From NCBI GenBank assembly GCA_951406725.2, contig OX597826.1:37634001-37698000 (forward strand): a stretch of DNA of 64,000 nucleotides, read 5' to 3'. Made by a program: the position numbers and the translations under genes. The notes under the pieces are model-generated. The model was not told the origin of the DNA. It saw only the letters and a list, made by a program, of their open reading frames with translations, and ran no database searches. This DNA comes from Octopus vulgaris. Its lineage: Eukaryota. Positions 1 through 13,999 of this stretch are shown here, piece by piece; positions within the stretch are counted from its first letter, which is position 1; every line of letters begins with the position of its first letter.

Positions 1-137
1 TTCTTGATTGTTGCTCAATATATCATAGTACATATAGAAAATATCAATATTTCTAAATCTCTATAAACGAGACTACGGTAGCAGTACTGGATATTAATAG
101 TTATCGTCAAGCTAACAGACAGCCAGCCTGCTGGGTT

Positions 138-189
138 CAGCTACTTTATATTGAAAAGGGGCAATTACCCCGAAACTAGTCTGTAGCTG
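138..189 (+). ncRNA. Decayed type I hammerhead ribozyme motif
   Basis: tata-TTGAAAA-gggg caatta cccc-GAAA-ctag-TC-tgta. Stem II and palindromic stem III are intact; the core has 2 changes from CUGAAGA. It lies between a 22-bp inverted repeat (96-117/291-312). Confidence 0.55.
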
Positions 190-319
190 TTGAACCACCA
201 AGGGGAAGCTGCTGACCTCCACTGTTCGAAGGTTGTAATGGACACAGGTTTGTGTTACATAGCAAGCCAGAGGACTAACATGGACTGCCATGTTAGCTTT
301 ACGATAACTATTGACCGCG

Positions 320-515
320 TGTGTACCGTTGGCGATTTTTTTCCTCTGTCTTCCCTTCTCTGGATCTTTCCTTCTCCTATGTTTCCGACGAAGAGCTCCG
401 CTCGAAACGTTAAACCCTCCTTCTTTCCTTCTTTCCTGAGCGTCCAATAATACTATATTTGATCCACGTCCTCGCGTTGTTGTGTTTTTCTGTGCTTTTT
501 TGTTTGGATTAACTA
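320..515 (+). mobile_element. Penelope-like pLTR-derived non-autonomous repeat (family C) with hammerhead-like motif at 381-415
   Basis: Close reverse-complement match to 24777-24975. Contains gttt-CCGACGA-a-gagc tcc gctc-GAAA-cg-TT-aaac and ends at (TA)n. Confidence 0.7.
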
Positions 516-530
516 TATATATATATATAT

Positions 531-575
<45 letters not shown>

Positions 576-3069
576 CATATATACATATATAGGTATGTAT
601 GTGTATATCTTTATACGTATGTATATATATACATGTGTAAATATATATACATATATGTATGCGTATGTGTGTTTGCGTGCGCGCGCGTATCCGGCGGCAC
701 ACTTCTGACTTTTTGCATATTATGATTATTGTGTAAGTCTTGGCTTCCTGAAAATACCATCGAGATAAGGCGTTACACAATTTCTTTATATTTCCTTTCT
801 CTGTAGTTTATGTGCTCTCTGTAAATATAACAAACTTAAATTCCGTTTATCTACCTTACTATTCTACATAGACAGGAAGGCAGAGAGACAGGCAGACAAA
901 TAGTCAAATAGAGAGAGATCTACGAATCCGTGAAATAATTTTACAAGACTACTTGACTACTAGTAATGTGACTGATAAAATCAACACTAGTAAACAACTA
1001 AGTATGGTACCACTGGTATTCCACAAACTTATGTCCCTAATATCAACTACTTTGGTATATATAAATATTATCATAAAGTATATACCGAACGAAGATTTAT
1101 TAATAGGAGGCAAGGAACAGGCGTTTAAAGATATTCAGATTAACTTCCTTGTAAATTCTAATTCTTTAACAATACTTAGCGGTTCCGAAAAAGAAATTCC
1201 CCTTGCTTATGACAGCAATTTGAATTCAATTTTAATTATAGTGCTCTTCTTTAAAAAGATACCGGAACCGGAAACCAGTCAACATTTACACAACAAACAT
1301 TTTACTACGCTTTGTAATCCATGATATCTAAGTCTCAGAAACTAATATATGGTGCGTTCTCGGTTTCTTTCAAAAGATAAATCTTCAGTTAATCGAGCGA
1401 TTTAATCTCTATTAGTGCAACATGAAAGTAGTTGAGTATTCGGTAGAAAGTTGTACTTAATTATTTTGTTGAATCATGTTACACAATATGACAAGTGTAA
1501 ATGTATAAATTACACAAACGTTCCAGAGACTAAGGGAGAGATAGGGAGACATGGGGTGAGAAGAATACAGAGCAAGAGATGTAGAGCTATAGGGGGGAGA
1601 GGGGGGAAAAAGAGAGAGATGGATAAATGTGTGGGGGAGAGTGAGAGAATGAGGAAATATACTTTTATGTATACATACCTAAGAATTTATGATAACATCT
1701 TAGAGAAATATTTAGGGAGAAGATATGAGTATATACAACAGATACTGGGCTGTCTGGGATGAGATTGCAGAAAACCAGCAAGTCCCGAGAAATAGATAAC
1801 TTTGTAGGTATTATCCGGAGGAAAGCATAAGAAGACAGCCGATCTGTTGGCTGGAGTGCGGATTGTGTTAGTGAGTAGCTTTATGATAAGCATCCCGACG
1901 GTTTTTTCCCCATTAAGAATAAGATGTCTATGCGCGTGGGAGCAACATAGTCCCAGGAGTGGGAGAAATATTCCATTATGGTCTTTACTGGAACTTTCTA
2001 AATGTTTAGTAGATATCGATCGTGTATTGATATAAATAGTGGAGATTCTCAACAAAATACAAAAAGAACATACAGTTCCATTCAATCGTAAAGAATCAAG
2101 AGTTTTAAACAGTTCCTTGCAGAATCGATAGTCAGTCTGTAAGAATGAAGATGAATGTAGAAGATGTTTAAGATTGATCGAGGGAATTTTCACCTAGCAA
2201 TTAGAGCGGATCTGATCATGAATAAAACAACAGAATTCATTAATGCATAAAGTATTAGCAGTTGAAACAGAATTGTTGCGAGATTAGCTGAATAGCATTA
2301 TGTGTCGTATATAATCCATGAGAAACCTCACGGAAAAATATACAATGTGTGTGTGTGTGTGTGTTCATGTGCATATATGCATGCATACGCATACATATAC
2401 ATATACATGTATATATAGAGAGAAATGGAGAGAGGGAGAGGAAGAGAAGAAGGGAAAGAGATGATGTATGTATGCATGTATGTCCGGATACCAAAGAGAA
2501 AAATTGGCTATCTGCCCCAACAAGTTGGATATGAAGACCAATATAGACATATATCGATATATTGAACTAACAATGTGATATTATACCTAGTCGCTTCCCC
2601 TGCTCGAAGTAACAACAGCTAAGTATCCCTCCAAGCAGTCCGTAACGTGTTCGCTATACTTCAAAATGGACGACATCTTAGATACACACAGCTCTGTGTA
2701 TATTACGTCAGAATATATGGTAGGGCGGTCATCATTGGAAATCCTTTTGTCATTGGACTACTTGATGAGCATAAAACATCAACTGTAACAAACGATAAAA
2801 GAAATCAACTCAGAGGTTTCTGTAATTTTTTTTTCAACTTGTTAGAAATAGCAGTCAAATCTCCTTCAAATTAAACTGTAGTATCCAGAAAAATTATTTT
2901 TAAACAATGAAAAAAAAACACACTTTACACAAAGTTGTTTCAGATTTCCTTTAATTCGTCGAGATGTTCATGGGTGATGGAATGTCTTTACTCAAAACAA
3001 TGAACGATCAAAACTGACTTCCGTGCATTAATTATTTCATTCATTGAAAATAATTGGTCTTTTGCTTGA

Positions 3070-3400
3070 GATGGTGTTTATAAACATGCCGAATAGAAAT
3101 ATCTAAAGAGAGCCAACACGCATCACTTCGTGAAAGCATCACGGAACGAAGATTAAACTAGCAGGTCACATACTCCGGCTAGCAGAATAACGCCATTGTA
3201 TAACAGCTTTCAAATGGACACCACTGAAGAGGAAAAAATAAAGAGGAAGTCCAAAAGATACACGGTGCAGAACATTCATGACTGACATGAGAGAGGCTAC
3301 TACCATATGACCAGATGTAGAGAAAACCACAGCCAACAGAAACTAGTGGCCTCAGCTTGCTTCAAAACGTGCTTCACAGCACAGGAGGAACTGAACGGAA
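3070..3400 (+). mobile_element. RTE-clade LINE 3' end fragment
   Basis: Frameshifted translation ITERRL.LAGHILRL...FKWTP.KRKK*RGSPKDT...DMRE...ANRN*W matches the RTE ORF C-terminus pattern. Confidence 0.7.
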
Positions 3401-3729
3401 CTAAAATACAGATTTCACTCAGTGACAATTATGTAATAACAAATGTCTCTTATATCAAGATAGTGAGAAAGAACGTAAGGGTCTTCCACCAGTTTCGACG
3501 ATTTGTATTTCAGTTATTTAATCAACCGAACGACTCATTCACGGAAATAGCATTATCTGGTCTGAGTATTCCGCTCGCACTTTATCCTTAGCATAACTCT
3601 CAGGAAGAAACAACGTGACAGTGTGTGATAAAGCTCGCCGTAAGTAAAATGTAGCCGCATTAGTTCGAGATCTGCGCGATTTCAGTAATTGTCGCATCAA
3701 AGATTTGTAAATGACGTATGAGAGCTCAG

Positions 3730-4008
3730 TGAAAGTTACATCAGAAGGCAACAAATGTCACATGGAGCTGAGTGAATTTAATATCATAGGTTAATGAATG
3801 ACACATCAAAGGTCACTGAAAGACACACTAGGGGTCAATAAATGACATGTTAAAGGTCAACGCATGACACACCAAACAACGGTGAATGTCACATGAGATG
3901 TTAGTGAATGTCACATGAAAGATTACTAAATGACACATCGAAGATCAATGAATAGCACACCCGAATCCAGTGCATGTCATATCACATGTTAATGAATGTC
4001 ACGTGACA
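3730..4008. repeat. Degenerate 22-bp minisatellite (~12-13 units, consensus ~GAATGWCACATSAAAGGTCART)
   Basis: GAATGWCACA-like words recur at a 22-bp period. Confidence 0.75.
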
Positions 4009-4023
4009 CCTCAATACAGATGT

Positions 4024-4162
<139 letters not shown>

Positions 4163-4884
4163 GAGTGCTGATACTTCCAAGTGCACGAATTACTATTGGT
4201 ATCACATGCTACACACCTTCCTTCCAAGCACTGCTGTAACCAGCGGAAGTGAGCTGGGACGTTAAAACTTAGTGCGCATGCCCAGCAGAGATCGAAGACA
4301 ATCTCTGCTAAGCCGCATCACTCTGTGTGCTTTAGCTGTGTTACTATGGCAACAGTCCGTATACCTATTGATCAGAATAGTATTAATATCATCATCATTA
4401 TCATCATCATTAACATTGTCATCATCATCGTCATCGTGATAATCCTAATGGACTTTATTATCGCCGACAACAACATATGCATCCTCATCATTATCATCAT
4501 CATCATAATAATTATTATCCTCATCAAATCAGCATCTCCATCATCTGTTCAGTAACTACCGAATCAGAATCATCACCGTCGCCGCCATCACCATCACCAT
4601 CATTCTTATAATAAATATAGAAAATGTTTCTTTAATTTCGATCACGATTTCACGAAGTTGTTTTTCTAATTTAAATGTCAACAAAACTATCTCCTTGTAT
4701 TTAGTTTTCTCGCTTCAAAGATCTTCACTTCAATAAATATATTTAAAAAAAACATACATTTCGAAAACAATATAAATATATTTAAGTGCAAAGCTTTACC
4801 GCTGCACTTGACTTTCACGCAGCTCAAAGTTTTGACTGCTTACAATAAACCAACGTCTGACATGCTCCAAAATTGTTTTCTTCT

Positions 4885-5075
4885 ATTTCTCTTACTTGTT
4901 TCATTAATTGGACTGTGGTCATGCTGGAGCACCGCCTTGAAAGGTTTTAGCCAAAGAAATCGACTACACCACTTATCCTTCTTATTGCGTATGGTATTCA
5001 TTGTAGCGATGCTTTGCCAAAAACCTAAATAACGGGAACGGAAACAGGTCATCGCCAGTTGTCATGCGATGGACA
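4885..5075 (-). mobile_element. tRNA-derived SINE family A, 3' half, diverged
   Basis: Reverse complement of the family A tail ggcggtgctccagcatg...gaaacaagta. Confidence 0.7.
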
Positions 5076-5100
5076 GCGATAAAGACACATACATGTATGT

Positions 5101-5159
<59 letters not shown>

Positions 5160-5399
5160 TATATGTGTATATATATATATATATATTACACTACACCATA
5201 CGACTTTACACATCACATCATATATACATACACACGTCCAGACCTCTCATACGCACTAATACTCTCTCATACACACACACACACTATTCTCATACACACA
5301 CACACACTCTTATGTTGGAGCGAGGTCATTTAACCCTATTATCTCCCCTAATTTCGCTCTTGCGTCTCACGTTTGATCTTTGACTTCTGGCCGAAATCA

Positions 5400-5639
5400 G
5401 ATCGCCATGTTGATTCGCTAGCCTCTGCACGCATTGTTTTCCTCTCCTTCTTTCTGTGTTTCTTCTCTGTGTATCTTTCTGTTGAAGAGCGTATGCTCGA
5501 AACGTTAAAGACTTGTTTTATTTATATTTCCTGAGCGCCATACTAATACAATTGTTTGTTTGTATTCCACCTGCCTTCGTCTTTTGTTTATTTCCGTAAA
5601 CCTGCCTTCGTCTTTTGTCTATTTTCATAAAGCTTCCCG

Positions 5640-5642
<3 letters not shown>
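5400..5642 (+). mobile_element. Family C Penelope-like repeat with hammerhead-like motif at 5474-5511
   Basis: tcttt-CTGTTGA-a-gagc gtat gctc-GAAA-cg-TT-aaaga, followed by ttcctgagcg..taataca as at 38148-38335. Confidence 0.7.
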
Positions 5643-5676
<34 letters not shown>

Positions 5677-5700
5677 TGTATGTATGTATGTATGTATGTA

Positions 5701-5761
<61 letters not shown>

Positions 5762-6409
5762 GGAGGGACAATGTATATACATATATACAAACATACACAC
5801 ACATATATGTGTGAGTGTGTGTGTATGTTCGTTATAGCAACTAAAGTTGTATTAGTTATGAAAATCATTCCGTATATCTTACTTAGCGTAGATAAACTAT
5901 CGAGTGTCGCAAAAATGCGGTAATCGTATTGAGAAAGATTCTCCTATAGGGGCATAAGCATACAAAAGGCTTAGGCGTGTATCTGTAGCAGTCGAAAAGC
6001 TTTCAGCTGCGTGAAATTTCTTAACCACATCATCCGTAGCAAGTATCCACTGTCGACCGCTTGTGCAGACAAATTTCGCTTGTACTGATATGCACACGAC
6101 AGACTTCCACAAAGTTTTCAAGTACCAAAGTTACAAAAAAGACAGTTGCCCAGTGCTAGCGCACTGGGGCTGAGCCTAAAACCCGTGGTAGTAAAGCGAG
6201 CTTCTTAAGCACATAGCCATGCTCGGGCCGTTATTTATTGATTATTTATGATTAGGTATCATCCCCCCGACCAACACTATCCTCTGTCCAAACCCATCTT
6301 TTTCCGTTTAATAACCAATTCTCAGTGAGATTCATACCTTTCTCATCTGTTGTAGGGAATTGGTAATAATGCTCCACCCCTCCCACGTGACGAATGGAAT
6401 GACATTGTT

Positions 6410-7762
6410 ACCATAAGTAGAAATATAACTATGCTGAAGTACTTTTGGCTTTGGTAAACTATTACCAAATCTTCATTCCAAACGCACATAAAGTAAGGGC
6501 CCCAGTCAATGATCTGTTGAGAAAGAAAACAAAATGGTGCTGGACGGATAAGTGCCAGAACGCATTCGACGAATTGAAAAGTATTTACCTTTGACACATT
6601 TGGATCCAAAATTGGAAACTATACTGGCTACAGATGCAAGTGAGTACGATGTGGGAGCCGTGCTTCTGTATAGATATGACGATGGCAGTAAAAGCCCTAT
6701 AGCCCATGCGTCAAGGTTATTGTCAGCTGTAACGAATTATAGTCAGATAGAAAAAGAGGCGTCGGCATTTGGTGTCAAGAGGTTCCATAGATTTGTCCAC
6801 GGAAGACGTTGTTTTTCTTTGCAAACAGACCATTGCCTGTTACTGACAGTACATGGTACCAAATACAGGAATCCCAACGCACACAATGAATAGACTACAA
6901 CGATGGGGCACTATACTATTAAATAGCTACAGAATGGAGTACTTACCGTCGGAAAAAAACTAGGGCATGCGGATGGCTTGCCAAGACTGATACCAAAACA
7001 CAGCGAACTATTCGAAGATACGGTAATAGTAACTCTAAGAGCTGAAGGTAAAATAAAGACATAATGTGGAACATGGTACGAGAGTTGCTGGTGATCCGGG
7101 AGGATATAAAGTGGAATGCGATAAAAGACATGTTTATAAAGGAAACAAAAAGGTCCTTGTGGTCAACAAAAAAAAGGAACATATTTGTTATGAAACGAAA
7201 CCAAGACGAAAACCTATATTCAACGTGTGATGGCGTACTGATGTATGCAGAGAGAATAGTGATACCGGAAATACTACAAAAGAAAATTTTGAGAGAATTT
7301 CACATCTGACATTTTGGTATTTTGAGGATGAAAGCTTTAATACGTAGTTACGTATACTGGACGAAAATGGACAGAGAAATCGAAAATTTGGTGAAACGCT
7401 GTAGAGGATGTGTTCTAGCAGCAAAACTGACAACTATAAAAAGTGAACCTTGGCCAAAAGTAGATGTTCCGTGGTCGAGACTACACATCAATTTCGCGTG
7501 TACTTTAAAGGGTTTCTACTACTTAGTGGTAGTTGATAGTTTCTCGAAATGGCCAGAAATTTGCAAGTGTAGAAAAACCAACCTCCTCAACTGTAATAAA
7601 ATTTTTTACACGAATTGTTTACAAGATTTGGCATCCCAGAAACGATAGTGTCTGACAATGAAATGAAATTTGTGTCAAGCGAATTTGAAAAAAAGTGAAA
7701 CGTTCGTGGTAGAACATATAACTATGGTACCACAGCATTCCAGATCTAATGGGCAGGCAGAT
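6410..7762 (+). mobile_element. Ty3/Gypsy LTR-retrotransposon pol relic (RT connection, RNase H, integrase), with frameshifts and stops
   Basis: Motifs LVNYY, ATDASEYDVGAVL, NYSQIEKE, LQTDH, integrase zinc finger (H..H, C..C), PWSRLHINF, LVVVDSFSKWPEI, IVSDN, SNGQA. Confidence 0.92.
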
Positions 7763-7764
7763 CT

Positions 7765-8130
7765 CTTAATGGCTTTTTGTATCAGTCACTTGTCCTTTCA
7801 TTTCCATATCCTCTTCTTCTAAGAGATTTATTTCGTCCTCTTTGTTTCTTTTGGTATAGTCAACGTTTCTCATACCAAGAAAATTCATGTAACATTCTAT
7901 ATTGACTTTCTGCATTCAGTATTGACTGTATACGCCAATTATACGTTCTTTCTGAGAGTTTTGTGAGACGTAACTTTTTTGCATGAAACGAATGCAAATC
8001 AAACTTTTGATTATTGTGATGGCTGATATCGGTCGTGTTCTCCACTCTCCATATGTTTTGGCAAATTGTTTTTGGCAAATCAAATCTTGGTGCTATAAAT
8101 GGCAAGACAGTTTTAATAAAGAAGAGACTT
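7765..8130 (-). mobile_element. Possible heavily decayed RTE-like LINE fragment
   Basis: Weak motifs IKTVL, RML..FSW and RRR.WK.KG in mixed frames. Confidence 0.3.
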
Positions 8131-8949
8131 ATTGGATAGTGTAATCCAAATATGGCTCTTCCAGGAAAAAACAGATTTATCACGGATAAAATAGCAGTAA
8201 TTCTTTAGTCGGCTGATTAGACAGTTACTGCTGACCTGGATCTACACAATAACAACAAAGGCCCTATTTTTGTCAACGCATAAATCTCATCACCGTCATC
8301 GATTTATATGTAACCAACTAGAATCAGAAGATGATTTAAAATGTCCGCAATCGTGAAAGGGTTAATATGATGGGCATCTTATTTTGAATTTAAACATACT
8401 ATTACGTTAACTTCCATATTAACATGGAACCAGGCACTCCGTTTTGGTCCCATCATGTTTTTGCGTATATCCATGGATTTATGAAGGACAATAATTAAGT
8501 TACCTCATGCGAGTATAAAATGCTTTTCTGGAGGAACGATTTCATTTTCTCCATCGTCAATTTCATTTATCAAATTTAATTTGTTTAAAGAAACTATAAC
8601 TTAAAGAATTTAAAACACATTTATATCATCTTCAGCCTTCTTCAGAAATCGATATCAAATAGCTAAGAATTTGCTTCGGTAGAAGATCAATTTGGGGTTT
8701 TGTGATTGGGAATGATTAATCAATAAGTAATTTTCTTTATTAGATATGTGGGAGTTTCAGGACAGAACATATAGCGCGTAAATCAGTAGGTTGTGAGACA
8801 AATTTACATTTCTCTTGTTAATCGTTCATCTTACAAGAAAAAATCCGAAATATTTTACGATGCAATAACATGTAATGATAGGAACCTTGCGCAAAATATT
8901 TTAAGGTTTCCATTTTTATTTTTTCAACGAATCTCATGAATATACATGA

Positions 8950-8950
<1 letters not shown>

Positions 8951-9006
<56 letters not shown>

Positions 9007-9102
9007 TACTACTACTACTACTACCACTACTACTACCACTACTACTACTACTACTACTACTAGTAGTAGTAGTAGCACTACTACTACTACTACTACTACT
9101 AC

Positions 9103-9137
<35 letters not shown>
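8951..9137. repeat. Compound (ATT)n(ACT)n(AGT)n microsatellite
   Basis: Seen directly. Confidence 0.95.
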
Positions 9138-9138
9138 A

Positions 9139-9230
9139 GGCGGCGCGCTGGCAGAATCGTTAGCCAGCCGCACAAAATGCTAAGCAACATTTCGTCCGTC
9201 ATTATGTTCTGAGTTCACATTCCACCTAGG
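9139..9230 (+). mobile_element. tRNA-derived SINE family B head
   Basis: ggcggcgcgctggcagaatcgttagc...gttctgagttca matches the copy at 42833. Confidence 0.75.
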
Positions 9231-9699
9231 CTTTAATCATTTAATGGTCGAGAAAAAAAGTAGCATTTAAGCAATGGGATCGATTTAATTGATTAGCCTC
9301 TCGCCTCATAATGTCAGCCTTTCTGCCTAGAATAGAAACAATAATTGTTTTTTTCATTGTTGTTGTTGTTATGATTATTATTGGATTTGACTTAGGATTG
9401 ATCTTTTTCCTGCAGAATTGATGTGGGTAACGAGTTAATATCTGTAACGTTCGATATCCACATGATTTCAATAAGCCATCATATTTTGTATTTATATATA
9501 TATATATATGAGTTGGAATGAAGAGAATGTTCGAAAGAAATAGATAGGGAAAGAAGAAAGAAATAGAGTGGAAGAGAAAATGAAAAAAGGAATGCTCGTT
9601 GGTGGTCATGATATTATGAGGGCGGATGGGAGATGAGTAGGGGAGGGATAGGAAAGAATAAGAATGTAAGGAATGAATATGTGTGAGGAGGAGGTGGTC

Positions 9700-9777
9700 A
9701 ATCTCGGCGGAGTTCGAACTCAGAACATGAAGACAGACGAAATACTTTAAGCTAACGATTCTGCCAGCTCACCGCCT
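9700..9777 (-). mobile_element. SINE family B head fragment
   Basis: Reverse complement ggcggtgagctggcagaatcgttagc...ttctgagttcgaactccgccgag. Confidence 0.75.
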
Positions 9778-9827
9778 TATATATATATAACATTCCTAAG
9801 AATATATATATATATATATGTATATGG

Positions 9828-9861
<34 letters not shown>

Positions 9862-9867
9862 GTATAT

Positions 9868-9956
<89 letters not shown>

Positions 9957-10339
9957 CTTATTGATTACTAGATAATTAATTAATTTTACCCATTGTTATT
10001 ATTGATAAAAAATATATAAATATACATATTACATTCCTAAGAAAGCAAGAGGTTTATCACTGTCGACAGCATTACTAGAATTTTATATACCGTGGTTAAA
10101 CCCATCACACTACTTTAGAGGACACTAAAATATTATTTCACTATATTTAAATATCAGGTGCTCGACTTTCACAGTTGAATATTAACACCTGCTTAGTGTA
10201 AGAACGCTGTATTAGTATTATTGATCGCAAAATATATGTTGCTGTTATAACGAGAGTGATCTTCGTATAAGAAATTTAACAAAGAGCTAATATATAGGTT
10301 ATATATATATTATAAGATATAGGTTTAAGATATATCTTT

Positions 10340-10745
10340 CGGATGCCCTGGGATGCATCTTCCAGGATGTTTCAGGTCTTTGAAAATGAGTTCCCCGCAC
10401 CTCGTTGACCTAGCTGGTGTTGATCATGCCTCACCCTACATTCCAATCGCAGCAAGCCACCTGTTTGCACCCTGTAACCAAAACCGTCAAGTAGCCTTCT
10501 TTGCAGCTTCAGTGCTTCCTTTTGCTGCGTCATTTATACCAATCCCAATCATACCTTTGCAGAATGAACACCCCACAAATCTTAGGCCGCCCCGCTTCAA
10601 CTGCTTTGCAATGTGCATGCCAAACCCAATTTTCCACTGCTCTACCAGCTTCTGGTACTTGACAAGCCTCAGTCGTGTGTTCATTCCAAGATGCAGTTCC
10701 CACATCATCACAGTGTTGATGGAGTTTGACATCGCAATTTAACAA
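10340..10745 (-). mobile_element. HERO-like non-LTR retrotransposon 3' end (restriction-like endonuclease and 3' UTR)
   Basis: VMMWEL...RLVKYQKLVEQ...WHAHCKAVEAG..FVG...STEAAKKAT*RFWL, then a UTR ending cccagggcatcc. Confidence 0.7.
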
Positions 10746-10839
10746 ATAACAAAACACTGGTTTTCAGTATGTTAGAAAGAAAGAAAGAAAGAAAGAAAGA
10801 AAAAAGAATACTTTCGGCAACCAGAAATACCCAACGAGT

Positions 10840-11640
10840 GAGTGAAACAGTAAGAGAAGAGGAAGAACAACAGAAGAAACAAATAGAAAAAGATAGAACT
10901 GCATGGCCAATCCATTCAACTAAGTGAAAACGTTGGAAATACAGATCGCTGGCTCTAGTTGACAGCCGGGAACTTGAAACGAGAGACAGAAACGCTAATA
11001 ATAGCCGCTCAGGAGCAAATCATTTGAAGAAATCTGAGTCAGACAGTAAATATAGAATCTGCAAAAAAGGGGACTAAAGGATCACTCACATTTTGAGTGA
11101 GTGCAGTATGCTAGCGCAAAAGGAGTATAAGCACAGGCATGATTATGTGGACAAAAGAGTGCGTTTGAATGTTAGCCGAGTGCGTTGCTTCAAAACGACA
11201 GAAAAATGGTATGAACACGACCCACACGCTGTGATCCTAAATGAGAATTACAAGATATTGCGGAATTTCCCCATAAAGACTGAGCTTACTTTTGAGACAG
11301 GAAGTCAGATAAGATCATAGCGGACAAAAGTGTAAGATAACAGACGATGCAGTTCACTGTTATAACAATTGATAGCAGAGACGATACCAGAGAAATTGTA
11401 AAGAATTGAGAAATACCATGGCCAAGCCAGAGAACTTAGGAGACGAAAGAAGAACAAGACAACTATTTCTCTGATAACTGGTGCACTTGACACATCGAAA
11501 ATGCTACCTAAAAGATGGAAAGAGTCTTGAATTAAAACTTGCATTATCGACCTGCAAAATATATATTCTGCGAGAATCCGGAAGAAGGTTCGTGAGAATT
11601 GAAGAGACTAGTTGTTACTAAACCTCAAGATAAAATCCCT
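10840..11640 (+). mobile_element. R4/Dong-like non-LTR retrotransposon 3' portion (CCHC knuckle and RLE)
   Basis: LHGQ, LKRETETLIIAAQEQ, HILSECSMLAQKEYKHRHD, KWYEH, ENYKIL, IEKY, ITGAL. Followed by (TAA)n, the known Dong-type target. Confidence 0.85.
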
Positions 11641-11675
11641 GCTAACTTAAATTTGCATGCACCAGCGTAATAATG

Positions 11676-11744
<69 letters not shown>

Positions 11745-11762
11745 GTAGTAGTAATAATAATA

Positions 11763-11924
11763 GGCGCAGGATTGGCTGTGTGGCAAGTAGCTTGCTAACC
11801 AACCACATGGTTCCGGGTTCAGTCCCACTGCGTGGCATCTTGGGCAAGTGTCTTCTGCTATATCCCCGCGCCAACCAATGCCTTGTGAGTGGATTTGGTA
11901 GACGGAAACTGAAAGAAGCCTGTC

Positions 11925-12005
<81 letters not shown>

Positions 12006-12228
12006 TGTGTGTGTTTGTGTGTGTGTGTGTGTTTGTCCCCCTAGCATTGCTTGACAACCGATGCTGGTGCGTTTACGTCCCCGTCACTTAGCGGTTCGGC
12101 AAAAGAGACCGATAGAATAAGTACCGGGCTTACAAAAAATAAGTCCCGGGGTCGATTTGCTCGGCTAAAGGCGGTGCTCCGGCATGGCCGCAGTCAAATG
12201 ACTGAAACAAGTAAAAGAGTAAAAGAGT
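11763..12228 (+). mobile_element. SINE family A, full length, with internal (TA)n(TG)n, inside a (TAA)n tract
   Basis: tRNA-like head tggctgtgtgg...ggttcagtcc, body gtggatttggtagacggaaactgaaagaagcc, tail (gtaaaaga)n. Confidence 0.92.
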
Positions 12229-12262
12229 AATAATGATAATAATAATAATAATGATAATGATA

Positions 12263-12299
<37 letters not shown>

Positions 12300-12824
12300 T
12301 ATTATTATTATTGCTTTTGTTGTTATTATTATTCCTATTTTGTTATTGTTAATGCTATTATTTTATTTAAGTTAACATCAACTTTAATTGCATTATAGCC
12401 AATTTAACACCTAAAAGAACTAACATTAAAATTTAATTATACGGCGAATTACTTATCGCTGATAATGCTAAACTGCTTCGAAAGATAACTTTCACAATGG
12501 CTTTACGTCTTATAAGGTATTTATAAAAGTTTGTTACATTTCATACATACAGGTATATGCATATGTGTGTTTCTCTCTGTGTGTGCGTGTGTGCGCGTGT
12601 GTGCGCGTGTGTGCGCGTGTGTGCGTGTGTGGGTGGGGGTCTGTTTGTAGAGATATGTGTGTGTAAGTATATCAATACATAGAGCGAGAGGGACATAATT
12701 CACAAATGTTTGTATGCTTGTTTAGTGTATGCATATATATATATATACATATATACACACCCACACGCGCACACACATCACATACACACACACACATATA
12801 TATATATATATACATATATACACG

Positions 12825-12870
<46 letters not shown>

Positions 12871-12878
12871 CATATATA

Positions 12879-13056
12879 CGGTGCACCGCCGTTTTTCTAC
12901 ACAGTTATTACGAAGAGCCTCCTCTAGTATGTGGCACTTGGTGAAGAATGGAGTTTGATAGAGCTACTCTCATTCGGACCTCTTGCCGTGAGGTAAGTTC
13001 ATCTGGGACTCTCGACAGGAAGAGGTCCAGCTTTGATTTAAAAACCCCTACATCTA
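12879..13056 (-). mobile_element. CR1-like LINE 3' end
   Basis: DVGVFKSKLDLFLSRVPDE...ALSNSILHQ* is the typical CR1 ORF2 C-terminus. Confidence 0.75.
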
Positions 13057-13081
13057 TATATATACACACGTATATATATAT

Positions 13082-13201
13082 TGGCCTGCTCACTTAGCCA
13101 CCGGGGTGGCGTCATTTGAAGGCTAAAACAATGCGAAACGCAGTGTGACCAGCAATGTGGAACAACATCTGATAGCCTAGTCGGTCACGGTGATCACGGT
13201 G

Positions 13202-13203
<2 letters not shown>
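13082..13203 (+). mobile_element. 3' tail fragment of a dispersed retroposon
   Basis: GC-richer island ending in a short tandem tail (tcacggtga)2 followed by (TA)n. Confidence 0.5.
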
Positions 13204-13252
<49 letters not shown>

Positions 13253-13295
13253 CATATATATATACATATATATATATACATATATATATTACATA

Positions 13296-13335
<40 letters not shown>

Positions 13336-13387
13336 CATATATATATACATATATATATATATACATATATATATATACATATATATG

Positions 13388-13449
<62 letters not shown>

Positions 13450-13470
13450 CGTGTGTATGTGTGTGGGTGG
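13203..13470. repeat. Long interrupted (TA)n microsatellite
   Basis: Seen directly. Confidence 0.95.
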
Positions 13471-13477
13471 GTGTCAT

Positions 13478-13800
13478 TCTTCTTTTATGTAAGCTGGTGT
13501 AGTCGAACAAATCACATCCAGTATTTCTTTTTTCTAAAAATTCCCGTACTTCTTATATCAGTTTTTTATTGCCGAAGCGCTAATTTACGGGAAGTAAATA
13601 AACCAACACCGGTTGTGTAGCGATGAAAGACAATGGGAAACACAAATACACAACCGACAGGCTTCCACACGATTTCCGTTCATCAAATTCACTAAAAAGA
13701 CATTGATTAGACTGGAGCTATATTAGAAGACAATTGCCCAATTTGCCGCGCAGAGGAACTGAACCCGAAAATGCGCCGTTTCAAATCGAGCTTAAATCTC
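13478..13800 (-). mobile_element. SINE family A, old diverged copy
   Basis: Degenerate matches gccgaagcgctaa, caaattcact, gaagacaattgcccaa, actgaacccg. Confidence 0.65.
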
Positions 13801-13853
13801 AGCAATATATTTACACAATGTATTTCGTGGCATAAAGCTACCTTAGATGCCGT

Positions 13854-13948
<95 letters not shown>

Positions 13949-13999
13949 TGTGTGTGTGTCTGTGTGTGTGTAGGTGTCTGTGTATGTATGTGTGTATGC

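Noticed and set aside
1350-1392. CUGAAGA...GAAA on the minus strand
   Set aside because: No stem III/UH or stem I complement.
1687-2193. 168-aa ORF, possibly a Penelope RT/endonuclease linker relic
   Set aside because: Motif similarity is too weak to call by eye.
3730-4008. CRISPR-like array
   Set aside because: Eukaryotic context, 22-bp total period, degenerate repeats, no true spacers and no cas genes.
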